Shown here in pieces: positions 7,619 through 15,575 of a DNA stretch of 25,251 bases (the first letter of the stretch is position 1; each line of letters starts with the position of its first letter). The notes under the pieces are model-generated. The model did no database searches. It saw only the letters and a program-made list of their open reading frames with translations, and was not told the origin of the DNA. This DNA comes from a virus. Taxonomy: Duplodnaviria > Caudoviricetes. The DNA is taken from IMG/VR virus record IMGVR_UViG_3300020151_000454, positions 1-25,251 of that record. One strand, written 5' to 3'. The translations under genes were made by a program, and so were the position numbers.

Positions 7619-7945
7619 CTACCCACATTCAGCCAACACCCTTTGGAAATCCTCCACGCTTCGGATTATCTCGTACCTGTACCCCGCCTCCTGAACCACC
7701 CCCTGCCACCACTTTTGGGATAGGGACTGCTTGCCCTTGGGGTCTTTGAACTCCAAGAACACGGCACCAGCGGCGGATAGGTATATCATGTCGCTCACCC
7801 CCGCAACCACGCCCATGGCCTTCATGACGCTCCCAGCATAGGCAGACGGGGCGTTGTTGTTGACGGTAAACAATCGGCCACGCTGGTCGGGGAAGTTATT
7901 CCAGTGCCATTGGAAGCACTCGGCTTGAATCTTGAACTCTTGCAT
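7619..7945 (-). CDS. VRR-NUC domain nuclease
   Basis: GVVAGVSDM...FLEFKDPKGKQSLSQKWW (PD-(D/E)xK). Confidence 0.9.
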   Translation of the reverse strand: MQEFKIQAECFQWHWNNFPDQRGRLFTVNNNAPSAYAGSVMKAMGVVAGVSDMIYLSAAGAVFLEFKDPKGKQSLSQKWWQGVVQEAGYRYEIIRSVEDFQRVLAECG

Positions 7946-7949
7946 GGAA

Positions 7950-9377
7950 TTATTTGAGGATTGGAAAACGGTCTTTGTTGTGAAAGGCCCAGCCTGGCTT
8001 CCATCCCATGAAACGAATGAACTCCAAGGCTTCGGCTTTGCTCTTGCATTGGTTGTGCAAGACCCAAAAGGGCGAAATTACTTTGGCCTTCGCCAGTTGT
8101 GCCTTTTGGTACATGCTGCTGGTCGTGGCCAACTGCATGCCCTGGGCTTTGGTCATCAGGTGCAGGTCCACCATTTCGCCCTGCTCTTGGGGCTTGCGCT
8201 GGTACTCGTAGCCGCAATGCTTGCACTTCATCGCCCCAACGGGGATAATCGCCTCGCATCCCTTGCAGTTCTTCGCCCCGCCAACGCCATCGGATTTCTT
8301 CTTGCGTTTCTTTTTGAGGGACCATTGCTGCCGGTTCTCCCAAAAGCCATGGGTCTGCACGTTGTTCCCGAAGTCAAGGATGGTGAACTCCTTCTTGGTT
8401 GGGGTTACCCTGGAACCACGGCCCACCATCTGCATGAATAGGGGAAGGCTTGCGGTTGCCCGGTATAGGATAACTACCTCGATGGTTGGCTCGTCAAAGC
8501 CCGTGGTCATAAGGTCGCAGTTGCAAAGGATGGCATCGGGCGCATGCTTGAACCACGCCAACACATCGGCCCGCTCCTACTTGCCCATGGTCCCGTCTAC
8601 ATGGCGGGCGTTGTGGCCTGCAATCTGCAAAGCGGCGCAGACCTCTTGACTGGATGCAATATTGCTGGCAAACACGATGGCCTTCTTGCCCCTGCAATGC
8701 CTCCCGTAGTTTTGGACCACCCCGTCAAATACCCTTCGCTTGGAATAGACCGTTGCCATTTGCTCCGTGTCGTAGTCATTCCCCTTCATGCGGATTCCGG
8801 AAAGGTCTTGGTTTGCGCCATAGGTCACGGGGTTGGCAAGGAACCCTTGGTCAATTAATTCCTGCACCTGAACTGGCACATGCAGAACCTCGTAGAACTT
8901 GGACAGGCATTCTTGGTTCCCACGACGCAGAGGTGTTGCGGTGGCTCCGATGACCACGGCCTTGGGGTTGATGTATGGCAGCAATGGGTTGAAGGTCTGC
9001 TTGTGGGCCTCGTCGATGATGACCAGGTCCATTCGGTTCAGCAAATCCGTGTATTCGGTTGCGTCCTTCCTACGGCTGAAGGTTTGGGCCATGGCTATAA
9101 AACAATTACCCGAAACATCCAGTCGGGTCTTGCTGGCTTCGATGAGGGTTGGCTTGATTCCGAACAGGTCCAAGGCTCCGTTGGATTGTTTCAGCAGTTC
9201 CACTCGGTCCGTGAAGATGATGGCCTGCTTGCCTTTCTCCAAGGCTCTTGCGACCATGTAGGTAAACATGACGGTCTTCCCGCTTCCGGTCGGGGAGCAG
9301 AGTATCAAGCGTTTCTTGCCCTGGGCAAGACTTGTCCGCATTTGGTCAATAGCGGCTTGTTGGTAGGGTCTTAGCAT
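7950..9377 (-). pseudogene. SF2 DEAD/DEAH helicase with C-terminal Zn finger, interrupted by one in-frame TAG (8577-8579)
   Basis: LRPYQ, SPTGSGKT, DEAH, TATP, TTGFDEP, QMVGRGSR and CKGC..CKHC all lie in one frame; the junction reads MGK*ERADVLAWF. Could be a pseudogene, read-through or a sequence error. Confidence 0.8.
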
Positions 9378-9646
9378 AGTTACTGATAGTTACTGCAAAA
9401 TTTGAGTAGTGACTATAAAAATCTTCGTTTTTGATAGCGTGGGGGCCACTTATAGTCACATAGTCACTACATTCACTACTTTTCTATAGAGAATATATAT
9501 ATATACATACACGCACACACGCACACGCTTATATATCTCTTAAATGAAAATTGCATTTTTAGTGACTATGTGACTATATCAGTACGGATGTCGCTTATTA
9601 TCACCGCCTTGCGAATAGTTACTACTATTTGATTTAGTGACTATGT
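9376..9646. repeat. Putative replication origin (iterons, 19-bp inverted repeat, AT-rich core)
   Basis: TATAGTCACATAGTCACTA (9451-9469) and its perfect reverse complement (9560-9578); many TAGT(G/T/C)ACT copies; (TA)n and CA/CG tracts in the core. Confidence 0.7.
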
Positions 9647-11816
9647 AGTAGCATCCACGGTTGTTTCGCTCGGACCGGCTCACCTTTTTGCAGCCAATGG
9701 ACTTTAAAACCGCCCCAAGTTTGTTCGGGTTAATTTTTTGCTCGGTGTAGGATTCAAGGATATTTTTGATTTCGGAGTTGGTCAGCCACTCCGCCCCGAT
9801 GCCTTTGTTCTTTTCGTTTGGCATCTCAAAGTAATTAAAGAGCAATTCCTTCTCAACCGCTGGCTGGACGTTGTTTATGGTCTTTTCGTTCAGCATGGTG
9901 ATTTCGGCCTTGGACAGTTGCCAGGCATCCGCTCCGTTGGTCTTGTAGGCGTGATAGGCTTCAATGAACAAGTCCGTCTTATCGATGGCAGCATAGGCAT
10001 CCCAATCAATGTGGCCCACAACGATAGGCAGAATCCTGCGGTTACCCGTGAGGTCGTTTATGACTTCCTCGTCGTTGGATGTGCCGCAAAGAACCGCATA
10101 CCGGGTAAGTTCTTCGTGTACCCGTCCGTAAGGCTTGCGGATGCTAAAGGTCTGCTTGGAGGACAGTTCCTTCAGTTTCTTGGCCTCCTGCTTGGATTTG
10201 CCGCCGAACTCGTCGTCGCACAGGATAATCTTCTTGCACATGAGAATCTCGTCGTCCTTACCGGCATCCAGTTTGGATTCCCCGTAGTAGGACCGCAGTT
10301 CCGATGGGAGCAGGTTGCGGAAGAAGTTGGTCTTGCCGATGCCTTGGTCCCCGCACAAGACCAAGATGGACAACGAATACTCCCCGTGCATGCTTGCAAC
10401 CACCGAGCAGAGCCACTTGTAGATGCAGAGTTGCATAAATGCGTGTTCCACATTTGTGGCAACGATGGTGTCGGTCAGGGCTTTTATGCAGCCAGTTGGG
10501 GTCCGGTGTCCGTTCTTGGCAAAGAACTGCATGAACGGGTTGTACGTTGGGGTATGGCTTGAATCAATGATTGAGTTGATTAACTGCATGTTGACCTCCT
10601 TCTTGCCGAATTGCTCCAGGCAGTCCGTGAACAAATCATTGATGTCAACGTCGGTGATGGGTTCGCCTTTCAGTTCAATGCAACGGGTCACCTCGTTGCG
10701 CTTTAGGTCAAATGACCTCAAGTAAGCCTTGATTTGCTTTAGCGGAGTGTCCTCGGTGTCAGCGGATTTCAGTTCCGTAGTATCAAGAGCCATGGTGTTG
10801 GCGACGATTTCTTCCAACTGCTCCACATTTATTTGGTCAATCTCTCGAAGAATCCGGATTGCAGTTTCGCTGGCTGCGTTGATGTCCTTCGGTCCTCCGT
10901 TGGTTCCCACCCGCATGCGGTGGGACTTGGCCGTGGACACGATGTGCTTGGTCTGCTTGGTTTGGATTTCAACCCCTGCGTTCTTGGCAAGCCACATAAA
11001 CGATGCGAAGGACACCTGGTTCTGCTTGGACTGGCAGAGTTGCTTGTACTTGCGGTCGCATGCTTCGGGGTTGTACTTTGGGGATAGTGCCGAAACCCGA
11101 TGGAACAGGTCCGCCCCCGGCTCATGGTACTTTGCAGCAATGGCGAATCCAATCTTGACCCAATCGGCATACGAATCCGTAAGGTCAATCCGCTTGGCCT
11201 CCAGTTGTTGGAGGATGTGTTCGACATCGTGTTCGCCGTGTGGATAGAACTTAGGGACGGGTGCGGCCTTGACCTTGGGTAAGTAAGTCTTGAACACCTG
11301 CACATTTTTGGCGGTGATGAATGCGTCGGGGTCAAAACTCACAAACCGCAGGCGGCTTACGTCCTTGCATGCGGGGTCCACGATGATATGGAACTTGTCC
11401 GCAAGTCGTTTCTCCAGGGCGAAGAACGCCTCCAGGTGGCGGTCCGGCTCGATACGGTAGTAGGCCGCATAGCCTTCGCCTCCCGTGGATTTGTGCAGAG
11501 CGTAGAGAAACTCATCTTCACGGATTGCCAGCACGTCAACGCCTTCGTTGTCTTTCGCATCGATGTCAATGCACAGGATGCCCGAATGCGTTTCAAGCCC
11601 TTCTTTGCCCTGCTTCTTGAACTTGCCGCTGGGCGTTACGGCGGTGAGCCTTCGTTTGGTTTCCTCGGTTTTGGCCTTACGGTAGGCCATGACCTCGGTG
11701 TAGAAGATGCCGTCCTTGATGTCTTGCATGTACTGGACGAACTGCATGTGGCTCTCCGGGACGTTGTTTCGTACACCGCTTCCCGTGGAGGCTTTGAAGA
11801 TTGATATTTCTGCCAT
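9579..11816 (-). CDS. Primase-helicase (BT4734-like/VirE N-terminal + PriCT-2 + VapE/VirE P-loop)
   Basis: HSGILCIDID, VDPACKDVSRLRFVSFD, YADWVKIGFA, GDQGIGKT, ILCDDE and DLTGNRR; start refined to MAEIS. Confidence 0.9.
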   Translation of the reverse strand: MAEISIFKASTGSGVRNNVPESHMQFVQYMQDIKDGIFYTEVMAYRKAKTEETKRRLTAVTPSGKFKKQGKEGLETHSGILCIDIDAKDNEGVDVLAIREDEFLYALHKSTGGEGYAAYYRIEPDRHLEAFFALEKRLADKFHIIVDPACKDVSRLRFVSFDPDAFITAKNVQVFKTYLPKVKAAPVPKFYPHGEHDVEHILQQLEAKRIDLTDSYADWVKIGFAIAAKYHEPGADLFHRVSALSPKYNPEACDRKYKQLCQSKQNQVSFASFMWLAKNAGVEIQTKQTKHIVSTAKSHRMRVGTNGGPKDINAASETAIRILREIDQINVEQLEEIVANTMALDTTELKSADTEDTPLKQIKAYLRSFDLKRNEVTRCIELKGEPITDVDINDLFTDCLEQFGKKEVNMQLINSIIDSSHTPTYNPFMQFFAKNGHRTPTGCIKALTDTIVATNVEHAFMQLCIYKWLCSVVASMHGEYSLSILVLCGDQGIGKTNFFRNLLPSELRSYYGESKLDAGKDDEILMCKKIILCDDEFGGKSKQEAKKLKELSSKQTFSIRKPYGRVHEELTRYAVLCGTSNDEEVINDLTGNRRILPIVVGHIDWDAYAAIDKTDLFIEAYHAYKTNGADAWQLSKAEITMLNEKTINNVQPAVEKELLFNYFEMPNEKNKGIGAEWLTNSEIKNILESYTEQKINPNKLGAVLKSIGCKKVSRSERNNRGCYYIVTKSNSSNYSQGGDNKRHPY

Positions 11817-11825
11817 AGCATTAAG

Positions 11826-11860
11826 AAAAAAACGCCCCAACTGTTCCGGCAGCTGGGGCG
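11826..11860 (-). terminator. Intrinsic terminator directly upstream of the primase-helicase (attenuator-like)
   Basis: CGCCCCAGCTG-CCGGAA-CAGTTGGGGCG + T7, ending 9 nt before the ATG. Confidence 0.8.
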
Positions 11861-11944
11861 AGGGGTTACGATGGATTGAACCCTTTATCTAAACACCGCA
11901 TGGCCGGAAACATGAGGTGGTTATTGGTAAATGTAATTAGTTCA

Positions 11945-11952
11945 CAAAGTTA
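11945..11952 (-). promoter_or_regulatory. Bacteroidota -7 promoter box (TAACTTTG) heading the primase leader
   Basis: Exact TAnnTTTG just after the stop of 11955-12200. Confidence 0.6.
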
Positions 11953-11954
11953 CA

Positions 11955-12200
11955 CTAAAAAGGCATATCACCATCTTGGGGGGCAAAATTCCCGCCGCTG
12001 GTCTGCTGCTGCATGGGTTCCACTTTGCCTGACAAGAATTTTCTCTCGCCGTTTCTTGATTCTCGAATCCATGCGGAGAGCCGCATCTTGGTCCCGTCGG
12101 GGAGAATGATGTCGCCCTTGTAGTCGGGGCGTTTCGGATTGTCGCCCTTATCGTTGGCGAACAGGGAGAAGGTGTTGGGTTGGGGGGTGTAATCGCTCAT
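11955..12200 (-). CDS. DUF736-like putative single-stranded DNA-binding protein
   Basis: NPKRPDYKG...LSAW...FLSG and an SSB-like acidic tail DGDMPF. Confidence 0.7.
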   Translation of the reverse strand: MSDYTPQPNTFSLFANDKGDNPKRPDYKGDIILPDGTKMRLSAWIRESRNGERKFLSGKVEPMQQQTSGGNFAPQDGDMPF

Positions 12201-12637
12201 GGGTTTTGGGTTGGGGTTTGGTTTTGGTTGGGATTTAAAAGGTTTCGTAATGCGATGATAAACTCTTGCTCTTCCTTGGTTGTTTGGAATACGCTGGATA
12301 AAGATTCAAATAATTCAAGACGAGTAGCCTTTGGTACTTTGGCGGTCTTTGCGGGGGATTTTTTGTGTTTATTCCGTCGCTGCATCACCAGTTCGTTTGC
12401 TAACTTTAAACTTGGGGTTAATCCAGTATGAAAATATAAATACCCCTTTTTTTCAAGAAAACCAATAGCAACAAGATATTCATTGATGTGGGTGGTAGTG
12501 TTAAACTTTTGCGAAATATTGCGCTTTATCCAACTGTAAGTGACGCCTTTGTGGCAATCGGGCCAGCACAATCTTGACATGATATGGAGAATGTTTTCCT
12601 GTTGGTTTGCGGCTCGTACTCTTGTTTTTGTTTTCAT
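12197..12637 (-). CDS. Hypothetical protein (AT-rich, basic)
   Basis: 146 aa, AAACCATG start, coupled to the next gene. Confidence 0.65.
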   Translation of the reverse strand: MKTKTRVRAANQQENILHIMSRLCWPDCHKGVTYSWIKRNISQKFNTTTHINEYLVAIGFLEKKGYLYFHTGLTPSLKLANELVMQRRNKHKKSPAKTAKVPKATRLELFESLSSVFQTTKEEQEFIIALRNLLNPNQNQTPTQNP

Positions 12638-12640
12638 GGT

Positions 12641-12868
12641 TTAAAGGTTTTGGGTTGGGTTTTGATTGGGTTGAATTGAGTATTTGCAATTTTCTTGTAC
12701 GAGCCAATTCGAGACCCGTAAATCGCTTAGGATTCGATAGGTGGTACGGATGGTCACCCCAAGCACTTCGGCGAGTTCTGATGCCCTGTATGGGCGTGAG
12801 GCGAGGTACGACACGGCGTAGATGGTGGCGACTCTTCGTTGGATTTCTTTTCCTTTAGGTTTGGGCAT
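12641..12868 (-). CDS. Winged helix-turn-helix regulator (HTH_11-like)
   Basis: YRASELAEVLGVTIRTTYRILSDL. Confidence 0.8.
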   Translation of the reverse strand: MPKPKGKEIQRRVATIYAVSYLASRPYRASELAEVLGVTIRTTYRILSDLRVSNWLVQENCKYSIQPNQNPTQNL

Positions 12869-12870
12869 GG

Positions 12871-13320
12871 TTAAGTGGTCTTAAAAGTTACTGCGATGCT
12901 TGGTTTTGTCCCTTTGGCGGGACATACGGGGATCGCTTCGCCCGTCGCTTCGTCGTACACCGTTGCCTTGCCAGCGTTGCGGAATGCCATCTTGAGCAGT
13001 TCTTCACGGGCTTTCATCGATGCCTGCAGGTCGCTCCAAACTTGGTCATGCGAGTAGTCGGGAGTCAACGCCCCCTCCTTGACTTGGATTTCTGCACCGA
13101 AGGCGGAGAAGGTTTTGCCGTGCTTTTCGGCTTCGTCCCGTACGATGTCCTCGGTCGCTTTGAGGACTTGCTCCAGGGCTTTGACGACCGCCTTCAAGCG
13201 TACATGGGCGGCGATGGGGTTGACCTCGCCTTCCTCAATGCGGAGGATAAGGCCAGCGGCGATGTCGGCGATGTCAGCCTTGCTGATGTCCGACTTGGGG
13301 ATGGTGACTAAGTGGTTCAT
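12871..13320 (-). CDS. Conserved phage hypothetical protein (recombination module)
   Basis: 149-aa helical ORF in the Sak operon; codon usage matches core genes. Confidence 0.7.
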   Translation of the reverse strand: MNHLVTIPKSDISKADIADIAAGLILRIEEGEVNPIAAHVRLKAVVKALEQVLKATEDIVRDEAEKHGKTFSAFGAEIQVKEGALTPDYSHDQVWSDLQASMKAREELLKMAFRNAGKATVYDEATGEAIPVCPAKGTKPSIAVTFKTT

Positions 13321-13556
13321 GGCATTGTGGTTGTTTGTTGGGATTTAAAAAGGAATTGGAAGGTGTGGACTTTGTTGTCCCAAATTTGGCGAGGAAGATG
13401 GGCAGCGAACCACAGCATATCGGAGCCAGTTAAATCAAATGGCCATTCGTGCTTTTGCAGGATAGCGATGAGTTTCTCCCCCATTACGGGTTGGCTTGCT
13501 TTGATGTCAAGAATGGCTTTATAGACATCGGCGTTGCAGGTTTCTAATAAGGTCAT
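13317..13556 (-). CDS. Hypothetical protein
   Basis: 79 aa, tightly packed in the operon. Confidence 0.65.
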   Translation of the reverse strand: MTLLETCNADVYKAILDIKASQPVMGEKLIAILQKHEWPFDLTGSDMLWFAAHLPRQIWDNKVHTFQFLFKSQQTTTMP

Positions 13557-13559
13557 GGC

Positions 13560-14198
13560 TTATTTTTTAGACAGTTGGTTTTGGATGAATTGAATGCCTT
13601 TCTCATAGCGGGCGGGGGTCATTTGGTCGATGTCCTTCATGAACCGCTCCTGCTGGTCGGCGGGCAGTTTCTGCAACAATTTGAGGAAGTCGGCTTTGAG
13701 CGTTGCGGCGGTGAGGTCGTCGTAGGCGGGAACGAGGCCGAGTTTGTCGTTGAGGTCCAGCAGGTTGGTGTTGGCGGGCTTGGGGGCCGCTCCGTGCTTG
13801 CCTTTATAGACATCAATGCCGATTCCAATCCACGAAGCAATCTTGGTAATCGCATCCGTGGTCGCACCCTTGGCGGCATCGCCTGGGTCGGAGTTGGTGC
13901 TGGATGCAATACACTCGTAGTAGATGTCGTGGGCGGGAGCCGTGAAGATGGTCTTGGCCACGGCGGTGTACTCAATCCGCTCACGGCCAGCGTTCGTCGT
14001 GGTGTGGACGGTTGCAATAGGGGAAGACAGGTCGGTCTTGACGACCCATCCACCGACACCAAAAACTTGGTTGAGGCGTTCGGTCACGAAGATGCCCTTG
14101 ATGGTTGAGAGGCCCGCCATGCGGGGATGAGCAGCAATGGCTTCGGGTGGAAGTGGCTCGGCAATCTTGGCGAGTTGTTCGGGGGATAGTGGTTTCAT
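13560..14198 (-). CDS. Rad52/Sak-like single-strand annealing recombinase
   Basis: VTERLNQVFGVGGW and DAAKGATTDAITKIASWIGIGIDVY. Confidence 0.85.
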   Translation of the reverse strand: MKPLSPEQLAKIAEPLPPEAIAAHPRMAGLSTIKGIFVTERLNQVFGVGGWVVKTDLSSPIATVHTTTNAGRERIEYTAVAKTIFTAPAHDIYYECIASSTNSDPGDAAKGATTDAITKIASWIGIGIDVYKGKHGAAPKPANTNLLDLNDKLGLVPAYDDLTAATLKADFLKLLQKLPADQQERFMKDIDQMTPARYEKGIQFIQNQLSKK

Positions 14199-14210
14199 GG
14201 TTTGGGGGGT

Positions 14211-14330
14211 TTAGTTGGTGATGATTGCAAAAAAGAATCTGCCGAAAAATGCGATGCCGAGGCAGGTGGTCAGCACGATGTAGCCCGTCGCAAGGGCGGC
14301 TTTGAGTTTGGTTTTGGTTTCGTGGGTCAT
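14211..14330 (-). CDS. Small membrane peptide (39 aa)
   Basis: MTHETKTKLKAALATGYIVLTTCLGIAFFGRFFFAIITN, after the leader ACCACCAACC. Confidence 0.65.
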   Translation of the reverse strand: MTHETKTKLKAALATGYIVLTTCLGIAFFGRFFFAIITN

Positions 14331-14340
14331 GGTTGGTGGT

Positions 14341-14577
14341 TTAGTTTCCGGAGAATTGGTTGAATTTCGCTGCAACACAAGCATTGTGCTGACGGACGAT
14401 TTGGATGCTGATGTCGGCCAAGCCGGAAGCATCAAGGTCGCTGATGCTGCACTCCTCAAGGCGAAGCCATTGTGCGCCGAAGCCGGTGGCGGTGATTTTG
14501 CCGTTGGTCAAGTTGATAGACAAAGAATTGTCAAACAAGGTGATGAAGTTGTGGGTGGGGGTTTTGATAGTTTTCAT
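14341..14577 (-). CDS. Hypothetical early protein (first gene of the leftward operon)
   Basis: 78 aa, A/C-rich leader downstream of TATCTTTG. Confidence 0.7.
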   Translation of the reverse strand: MKTIKTPTHNFITLFDNSLSINLTNGKITATGFGAQWLRLEECSISDLDASGLADISIQIVRQHNACVAAKFNQFSGN

Positions 14578-14600
14578 GGTTTTGTGGTTGGTTTGTAGGT

Positions 14601-14608
14601 CAAAGATA
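14601..14608 (-). promoter_or_regulatory. Leftward early promoter -7 box (TATCTTTG)
   Basis: Exact TAnnTTTG; the 13-bp context AGGTCAAAGATAC is identical at 24513-24525. Confidence 0.75.
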
Positions 14609-14671
14609 CAGCGGTTTTCTCTTTTGCGACCATTGTAGTCATTTTTTTATAAATCTTTTTTTTGGCCCCTA

Positions 14672-14731
14672 CACCCGAAGCGGTATAAATTCCTAATTTT
14701 CGCCATAAATGCACCCGAAAGCGTATAAATT
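14672..14731 (+). repeat. Two 20-bp imperfect direct repeats, 40-bp period
   Basis: CACCCGAAgcgGTATAAATT (14672-14691) and CACCCGAAagcGTATAAATT (14712-14731). Confidence 0.8.
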
Positions 14732-14733
14732 TG
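14726..14733 (+). promoter_or_regulatory. Rightward promoter -7 box (TAAATTTG), leaderless
   Basis: Exact TAnnTTTG, 4 nt before ATG 14738. Confidence 0.65.
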
Positions 14734-14737
14734 CGGT

Positions 14738-14989
14738 ATGACCTACCACTCTACCCGACCGGCTAAAGCCCTCACCAACGCCTTGGAGCGGCTGATGATA
14801 GCCATATCACCCCAAGACCTGGAGCAGAACCACGCCCTCCTGTGCGAGTATCGCAGGGCTTGCGAACTGCTGGGCTACGACCCAGCAAAAGCCCAGTGGT
14901 CCGGCATTCACGAAGTATCCGCCTCCCAGTTGCCCAACGAGCAGGACCACACCGTCTGCTACTACCCCCTCCTTAACCCCGAAGAATGA
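14738..14989 (+). CDS. Hypothetical protein
   Basis: 83 aa, ATGA-coupled to the amidase. Confidence 0.7.
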   Translation: MTYHSTRPAKALTNALERLMIAISPQDLEQNHALLCEYRRACELLGYDPAKAQWSGIHEVSASQLPNEQDHTVCYYPLLNPEE

Positions 14990-15411
14990 GAAACATAACC
15001 CACCTCGTTGTGCATTGCACGGCTACCCCGAAGAACACCACCATCGCCAGCATCCGCAAACATTGGAAGGAGGGCTTGGGTTGGAAGGCGGTGGGCTACC
15101 ACAAAATCATTGAACCCAACGGGAACATCATGACCTTGGCCACCGACGACAAGGTGACCAACGGGGTTGCAGGTCACAACTCCACGAGCCTTCATGTGTC
15201 CTATATCGGGGGGAAGGATAGCGACGACCGCTCCATCCAGCAGAGGCAAGCCATCGCAGGAGTGCTGCTTTCTTGGTTGCAGAAGTACCCCAAGGCCCGC
15301 ATTTGTGGCCATCGGGACTTCCCAGGTGTTTCGAAGGAATGCCCGCAGTTTAATGCGGAGAAGGAGTACGGTTACTTGTATGTGACCGCCTCCGATACGC
15401 AGGAGGGATGA
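14986..15411 (+). CDS. N-acetylmuramoyl-L-alanine amidase (Amidase_2, T7 lysozyme-like endolysin)
   Basis: VVHCTAT, GWKAVGYH and GHRDF...KECP Zn-ligand motifs. Confidence 0.93.
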   Translation: MRNITHLVVHCTATPKNTTIASIRKHWKEGLGWKAVGYHKIIEPNGNIMTLATDDKVTNGVAGHNSTSLHVSYIGGKDSDDRSIQQRQAIAGVLLSWLQKYPKARICGHRDFPGVSKECPQFNAEKEYGYLYVTASDTQEG

Positions 15412-15561
15412 ACGAGAAACCCGTCATTAACGGGGGTTTGCAGGGATAATGCAGCGTAAGTCATGCCCGAATGTCCAGTTTATTTTGAAAAAAACGGGAC
15501 AGTTGTACGAAGGAATCGTACATCAAAAACGCCATTTTCTATACATGACCGCTTCGTCATG
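15389..15561. repeat. Cluster of short unrelated inverted repeats at the convergence of the two strands
   Basis: CCTCC/GGAGG, CCCGT/ACGGG, TGTCCAGTTT/AAACGGGACA, TGTACGA/TCGTACA and CATGAC/GTCATG. Confidence 0.6.
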
Positions 15562-15575
15562 CGTAGTTTTTGGGA

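Noticed and set aside
8577-8579. Genome-wide TAG reassignment (crAss-like code 15)
   Set aside because: Only one internal TAG was seen among many long intact genes, and TAG ends several genes at natural boundaries.
9376-9646. CRISPR array or MITE
   Set aside because: Repeats are short, in mixed orientation and irregularly spaced; no cas or transposase gene.
14672-14731. Mini-CRISPR
   Set aside because: Only two imperfect 20-bp copies with a 20-bp spacer; not palindromic.
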